Below the pieces are notes generated by a model. It saw nothing but the letters and a program-made list of their open reading frames with translations, made no database searches and was not told the origin of the DNA. The position numbers and the translations under genes were made by a program. From assembly GCA_965218425.1 (NCBI GenBank), contig OZ244621.1:928001-992000 (forward strand): a DNA stretch of 64,000 nt, read 5' to 3'. Shown piece by piece: positions 59,390 through 64,000 of this stretch. Source of the stretch: an uncultured Candidatus Binatia bacterium (GTDB lineage: Bacteria > Desulfobacterota > Binatia > UBA9968 > CAXXLF01). Positions within the stretch are counted from its first letter, which is position 1; each line of letters starts with the position of its first letter.

Positions 59390-60295
59390 CTATGCCATGA
59401 CCCGGTCTATTGCCATGACAAGTAGAATCACCGGTAGATAGATTAAAGATGCAAACAAAAGTCGCCGAGCGTGCACAAGGGTTTGGCCACTGGCGAGACC
59501 GATTCCACAGGCAAGAAAGGCCACTCCAAACAAAATTGCCGTTGAGCCATACCACCAACCGGCAAGACCAAAAAAAGTTGGCAATAGGCTAACCGCCAAT
59601 AGAGCCGATGTGTAGCCCACCACCTGGCGTCCTGTCCTGCTACCCTCCAGGTCCACAACGGGAAGGAACTTTATCTTAGCCCGGGCAAAGTCGTCACGGT
59701 AAAGGCGTCCGATGGCCAGGGTGTGTGGGATTTGCCACAAGAAAAGAATCCCAAAGAGGAGCCAGGCTTCCAGGCCCAAGCTACCGTGGGCCGCGGCCCA
59801 TCCGATCAGCGGGGGTAACGCGCCGGGGATGGCTCCTACCAAACCGCAAAGAGGCGTCTTCTGTTTTAGGGGAGTGTAGAGATACAAGTAGGAAAACACA
59901 ATTAGAGCCGCAATGAACGCGCTCAATAGATTCAATGTCACCGCAAGGAGCATGAGCCCCGCGACGGTACAAATAATACCAAAGGTGAGGGCCTCTACGG
60001 GTTGAACCCTGCCTTCGGGAAGCGGGCGGTGGCGTGTCCGTTCCATAGCGGCGTCTGTTTCTCGTTCGATGAGTTCATTGAGGGCGAGGGTTCCCCCCGC
60101 AGCAAGTGCCGTCCCAATGAGCGCATGGATCAAGGGGAAATAGGCCAAGACTTCACCAGACCCCAGGTAGTACCCTACACAGGTGGTGATGAGAACCATG
60201 AGAACCAGGCGAGGTTTCGTAAGCTCGAACAGGTCCGACGCCAATCTGAGACTGCCGCTCAATGTCATTTCTAATGTATCGGTCCTGAAACTCAT
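59390..60295 (-). CDS. ctaB: Protoheme IX farnesyltransferase (heme O synthase)
   Basis: LTKPRL, DAAMERTRHRPLP, YTPLK, GAIPGALPPLIGW, WQIPH. Confidence 0.96.
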   Translation of the reverse strand: MSFRTDTLEMTLSGSLRLASDLFELTKPRLVLMVLITTCVGYYLGSGEVLAYFPLIHALIGTALAAGGTLALNELIERETDAAMERTRHRPLPEGRVQPVEALTFGIICTVAGLMLLAVTLNLLSAFIAALIVFSYLYLYTPLKQKTPLCGLVGAIPGALPPLIGWAAAHGSLGLEAWLLFGILFLWQIPHTLAIGRLYRDDFARAKIKFLPVVDLEGSRTGRQVVGYTSALLAVSLLPTFFGLAGWWYGSTAILFGVAFLACGIGLASGQTLVHARRLLFASLIYLPVILLVMAIDRVMA

Positions 60296-61266
60296 GCAGA
60301 AACCCGTTCCGAGCCGCCTGCCGCGTGGGCGGCGAGAACTCCTTCACTCGATTGCGGCTCAGGCAAAGCCAGATGCCGGTAGCAGCGAAGGGTGAGTACG
60401 ACACTCGTGGCCAACATGAGGGCTCCCACAAACATATGGGAGGTGGTCAATGCCACCACTGCACCTGGGGTCAAAACGAGGCCGAGAGGCGCAAACTTAC
60501 CCACGAAGGATCCTAAACCCAACACAAGTTGCAGGATCAAAAGGACTCCCAGCAAGAGTGCTGGGACGGCAAATTTTTGTCGACAAGGATCAAACCTCTG
60601 GAGCCGAAAGGTCACGAGAAGTACATGAACGGCCACGAGAAATGCCAACAACATATGAAATGCCAAATACAAACCGGTAAATCTGAGCACTACACCCAAT
60701 AATCCTTGGAGAAAAATGAAACCCGTCGTCGACAGGCAAAGCCGACGAATACGGCCAGCTTCAGCAATTTGAACTCTCTTGGGACCTTCCTCCCATTCTC
60801 GAGAGGTGAACAGCGCCAAACTTACAACGAGCGCAAAGAAGAGTTGCGCCAAGGAGCCATGGACGATTGCGAGCGCCTGTTCCAACAGGATTACTCGCAG
60901 TCCCCCTAGAACCCCCTGCAGGATCACAAGGACGAGCGCCATGGTGCCAAGCCAGCAGACCCATTTCCGTGATTCTCGAAACCATAGCAGCACTGCGAGC
61001 ATCAAGGTCAGGAAACCCACCCCCGAGGCCACCAGCCGATGACTGTGCTCATAGAAGACTCCCCCTACCATCTTAGACCAGGGGTAGAGGAACATGTTGT
61101 AACCATATGTCGTGGGCCAATCCGGCACGGCTAGTCCTACCCCTTTACTGGTCACGAGCCCCCCCGCCACGAGCAACGCACCGGTTACATATGCCGTTGC
61201 AAGCGCAAGCCCATGAGTTCCGCTCGAATGCCGTGATGCCGTTCCTTCTTGAATGGTTACGTTCAT
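60292..61266 (-). CDS. ctaA: Heme A synthase (COX15/CtaA family)
   Basis: GLAVPDWP, EHSHRL, QGVLGG, conserved His residues in TM helices. Confidence 0.92.
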   Translation of the reverse strand: MNVTIQEGTASRHSSGTHGLALATAYVTGALLVAGGLVTSKGVGLAVPDWPTTYGYNMFLYPWSKMVGGVFYEHSHRLVASGVGFLTLMLAVLLWFRESRKWVCWLGTMALVLVILQGVLGGLRVILLEQALAIVHGSLAQLFFALVVSLALFTSREWEEGPKRVQIAEAGRIRRLCLSTTGFIFLQGLLGVVLRFTGLYLAFHMLLAFLVAVHVLLVTFRLQRFDPCRQKFAVPALLLGVLLILQLVLGLGSFVGKFAPLGLVLTPGAVVALTTSHMFVGALMLATSVVLTLRCYRHLALPEPQSSEGVLAAHAAGGSERVSA

Positions 61267-61337
61267 GGGCCGTCAAAGCGTGGTTCCTCGCCAGCGATGA
61301 GCCACCGGTTATTTAAACGAGGCTCCTCCACAGTTCC

Positions 61338-63086
61338 CTAATGACTTCGGGCGGTTGATCCCGCAGCAAGCCTGCGATCTTGGGGTAAATAGTCCTCCCT
61401 GACTTCAGGTGAGCTATACTCGTAGGGTCCTCGATACACCTGCGGTATCGCACCAAAGTTGCCATGGGGCGGTGGGGAAGGCGCACTCCACTCCAGGGTA
61501 TTGGCCTGCCAGGGGTTTTTCTCCACCTGCTTCCCGGCAAACAGGGTCCAGAAGAAATTGACCACAAAGGGAATCTGAACGAGCACTAACAGGAACGCAC
61601 AGACCGAAATAAATACATTCCACGACTGAAAGGTGGAAAGAAACTCGTACTGCATGGGGTTATAGATCCGCCTCATGTGCCCACCCACCCCTAGAAAGTG
61701 CATGGGGAAAAAGACCGCATTGAAGAAAATATAGGTCAAAATGAAATGGATCTTGCCCCAGGTCTCGTTCATCATGCGGCCAAACATCTTCGGGAACCAA
61801 AAATAAATCGCGGCAAACATCGCGAAAATGATTCCCGCCACGACGTAATGAAAATGGGCGACGATGTAGTATGTGTCATGGATAAAGATGTCCACCGGAG
61901 TAGAGGCCATAAAAATGCCACTCAGCCCGCCGATCACAAAGGCGGACAGGAATCCCATGGCGAAAAGCATGGGCGTGGTAAAACGAATGGACCCGCCCCA
62001 TAGGGTCCCCAACCAGTTAAAGGTCTTAATGGCCGAGGGAACCGCAATGACCATGGTGGTCATCATAAACGCGGTCCCCAGCACCGGATTCATTCCGCTG
62101 AGAAACATGTGGTGTCCCCAGACCACCCAGGAGAGAAAGGCAATGGCGATCATGGAGAAGGCCATGGCCCGGTAGCCAAAAATGGGCTTGCGGGAGAACA
62201 CGGCGAGAATATCCGAGGTCACACCCATGGCCGGCAGCACTAGAATGTAGACCTCCGGATGGCCGAAGAACCAGAAAAGGTGTTGCCAGAGTAGAGGGTC
62301 TCCTCCACCTTCCGGTAAGAAGAAACTGGTCCCGATGGTCCTGTCAAAGAGAAGCATAGCCAACGCAGCAGTTAGGATGGGAAGGGCCAACAGACCCAGG
62401 ATGGCCGTAATAAAAAGGGACCAGATGACAAGCGGCATGCGAAAGTAACTCATGCCAGGGGCCCGTAGGTTCACCACCGTCGTAATGTAGTTGATGGAGC
62501 CCATGAGAGAGGAGAGGGTAAAAAGGATGAGGCTGATGAGCCACAGGTTTTGCCCCCAATTTACTCCTGTATAGACCGCCTTGGCTGAAAGCGTCGCATA
62601 GGCCGTCCAACCCGTCGCGGCAGCCCCACCGGGGACAAAAAAGCTCACCACCATGACCACCCCTCCGGCAAGACCAAACCAGAAGGAAAGCATGTTGAGC
62701 ACGGGGAAAGCCATGTCCCGCGTACCAATCATGAGGGGGATCAAAAAATTCCCAAAACAACCCACCATAATCGGCATCACCACAAAGAAAATCATAATTG
62801 TGGCATGCATGGTGAAAAGCATGTTGTAGGTTTGGGGTGGGATGATGCCTTCGTACATGGTCGGCTCCGGAACCCAACCCATGCCAGGCACCGAGGTCTC
62901 CGGCCAAGCCAGCTGCCAACGCATCAGCATGGCCAGGAAACCGCCGATGACCAACATAGTTAACCCCAGAAAAAGAAACTGGCGGCCGATCATTTTGTGG
63001 TCGGTGGAAAACAGGTAGGTTCGTAGGAACCCTAGCTCTTCATGATGACCACCATGCGCAACTAGGGCCGCTCCGGAATCACTCAT
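61338..63086 (-). CDS. ctaD: Cytochrome c oxidase subunit I, A1 type
   Basis: TDHK (D-channel), TMHAT, WFFGHPEVY, WGHH, AIKTF (K-channel), HDTY...HFHY. Confidence 0.97.
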   Translation of the reverse strand: MSDSGAALVAHGGHHEELGFLRTYLFSTDHKMIGRQFLFLGLTMLVIGGFLAMLMRWQLAWPETSVPGMGWVPEPTMYEGIIPPQTYNMLFTMHATIMIFFVVMPIMVGCFGNFLIPLMIGTRDMAFPVLNMLSFWFGLAGGVVMVVSFFVPGGAAATGWTAYATLSAKAVYTGVNWGQNLWLISLILFTLSSLMGSINYITTVVNLRAPGMSYFRMPLVIWSLFITAILGLLALPILTAALAMLLFDRTIGTSFFLPEGGGDPLLWQHLFWFFGHPEVYILVLPAMGVTSDILAVFSRKPIFGYRAMAFSMIAIAFLSWVVWGHHMFLSGMNPVLGTAFMMTTMVIAVPSAIKTFNWLGTLWGGSIRFTTPMLFAMGFLSAFVIGGLSGIFMASTPVDIFIHDTYYIVAHFHYVVAGIIFAMFAAIYFWFPKMFGRMMNETWGKIHFILTYIFFNAVFFPMHFLGVGGHMRRIYNPMQYEFLSTFQSWNVFISVCAFLLVLVQIPFVVNFFWTLFAGKQVEKNPWQANTLEWSAPSPPPHGNFGAIPQVYRGPYEYSSPEVREDYLPQDRRLAAGSTARSH

Positions 63087-63147
63087 CCTTCGTTTCCTCC
63101 GTCCTTCAGATAAAATATAGATTCAAGCTAGACCGATCGAGCAAACC

Positions 63148-63801
63148 TTATCCCCTGGACTCCTTCTCCCATTTCTCATAATCCTCAGGGGTGTCGACGT
63201 AGAGCCATCCGAGCATACCGGAATGTCCGAAACCGCACAGCTCTGCGCAGGGGAGCTCGTATTTGCCTGTTTTGATGGCCTCGAACCAAACGAGGGATTC
63301 CCGCCCAGGCACTGCGTCCTGTTTGATCCGCAGGTTTGGTAGAAAAAAACTGTGAATTACGTCAGTCGCTGTTAGGCGAACCCGGATCACCTTGTTGACC
63401 GGAACGTGCATCTCATTGTCGACTTTAAAATCGTCCTTGGTGCCAAATTTTCCATCGGGGCCGGGATAGGTGATCTCCCAGTTGAACTGTTTACCCGCAA
63501 CTTTGACCTCAAAATCACTAGGTGGAGCTTTGATTTTTATATTCGCCCAGGTGGCTGCGCTCACAAATGACAGCGCAAAGAGTATGATGGTGGGAACCAC
63601 GGTCCAGGTGATTTCAAGGGCGGTATTGCCATGGGAGTATACGGCCCGCCGTCCTTCCTTGTGGCGGTACGCGATAAGGAAGACAACCATAAGGACTGTC
63701 ACCAAGATAAAGGCGCCACCCGTGAGGTAGTAAATAAAGTAAAATAGCCCGTCGATATCATCACCAAAAGTGGACACATTCTCCGGAAGCCATCTCATCA
63801 T
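63148..63801 (-). CDS. ctaC: Cytochrome c oxidase subunit II (CuA, no fused cytochrome c)
   Basis: LEITWT, DVIHSF, CAELCGFGHSGM; no CxxCH. Confidence 0.96.
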   Translation of the reverse strand: MMRWLPENVSTFGDDIDGLFYFIYYLTGGAFILVTVLMVVFLIAYRHKEGRRAVYSHGNTALEITWTVVPTIILFALSFVSAATWANIKIKAPPSDFEVKVAGKQFNWEITYPGPDGKFGTKDDFKVDNEMHVPVNKVIRVRLTATDVIHSFFLPNLRIKQDAVPGRESLVWFEAIKTGKYELPCAELCGFGHSGMLGWLYVDTPEDYEKWEKESRG

Positions 63802-64000
63802 TGGAGGAATTTACCTCTTCTCTCGTAAGATAATCTGCACTCGCGTCGATGTTCTCCTGTCCGGGACAGGCCTCACCCTGTTCCTCGGACCATTTTTCGG
63901 TCGAGAAATGCAATGGATAATTACGGCTAGCATAAATTTCGCCCACTTATCAAGGGAAGAAAGGGATTTACGTCTCTCAACCAGACCTAGAGCGGCAGGG

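Overview
Bacterial chromosomal window with no CRISPR array, rRNA or prophage. Gene order and content (Rieske oxygenase, UbiD, Mo-hydroxylase, EutA-like protein, aa3 oxidase) suggest a deltaproteobacteria-like aerobe such as Candidatus Binatia; this is inference only. Left arm is housekeeping: dnaE (5' cut off), hflX, pgsA, tRNA-Val, thrS-infC-rpmI-rplT-pheS-pheT-ihfA-merR, tRNA-Pro, pcm-nlpD-apt, a lone nuoI and thiC. Next is a minus-strand catabolic trio (UbiD-family, Rieske oxygenase, xanthine-oxidase-family Mo subunit), two of which carry substituted catalytic residues. Then glnE, cutA-NUDIX-DUF1152, hisI-hisG, a decayed sigma54 regulator, a small-membrane-protein/TPR/ferredoxin operon, a YVTN propeller and an orphan His-tailed EutA-like ATPase. 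The centre (35.7-48.2 kb) holds a 7-gene DUF4175/TPR-zincin/MoxR/DUF58/BatA-vWA/Tat-DUF4159/vWA-GATase cluster, the best candidate for an uncharacterised envelope system. The right arm has an MBL-fold protein, an intact DDE IS with definable ends, an MFS transporter, a nadX/TPP-enzyme/DUF1232/cupin operon and a complete A1-type cytochrome c oxidase operon. Items missing from the ORF track that I found by reading: the AUA start of infC, a 35-aa membrane ORF in the cox operon, a 3xCxxC ORF, a frameshifted cupin, REP-like repeats and a 365-nt double-hairpin element. Family assignments come from motif recognition, not database searches.
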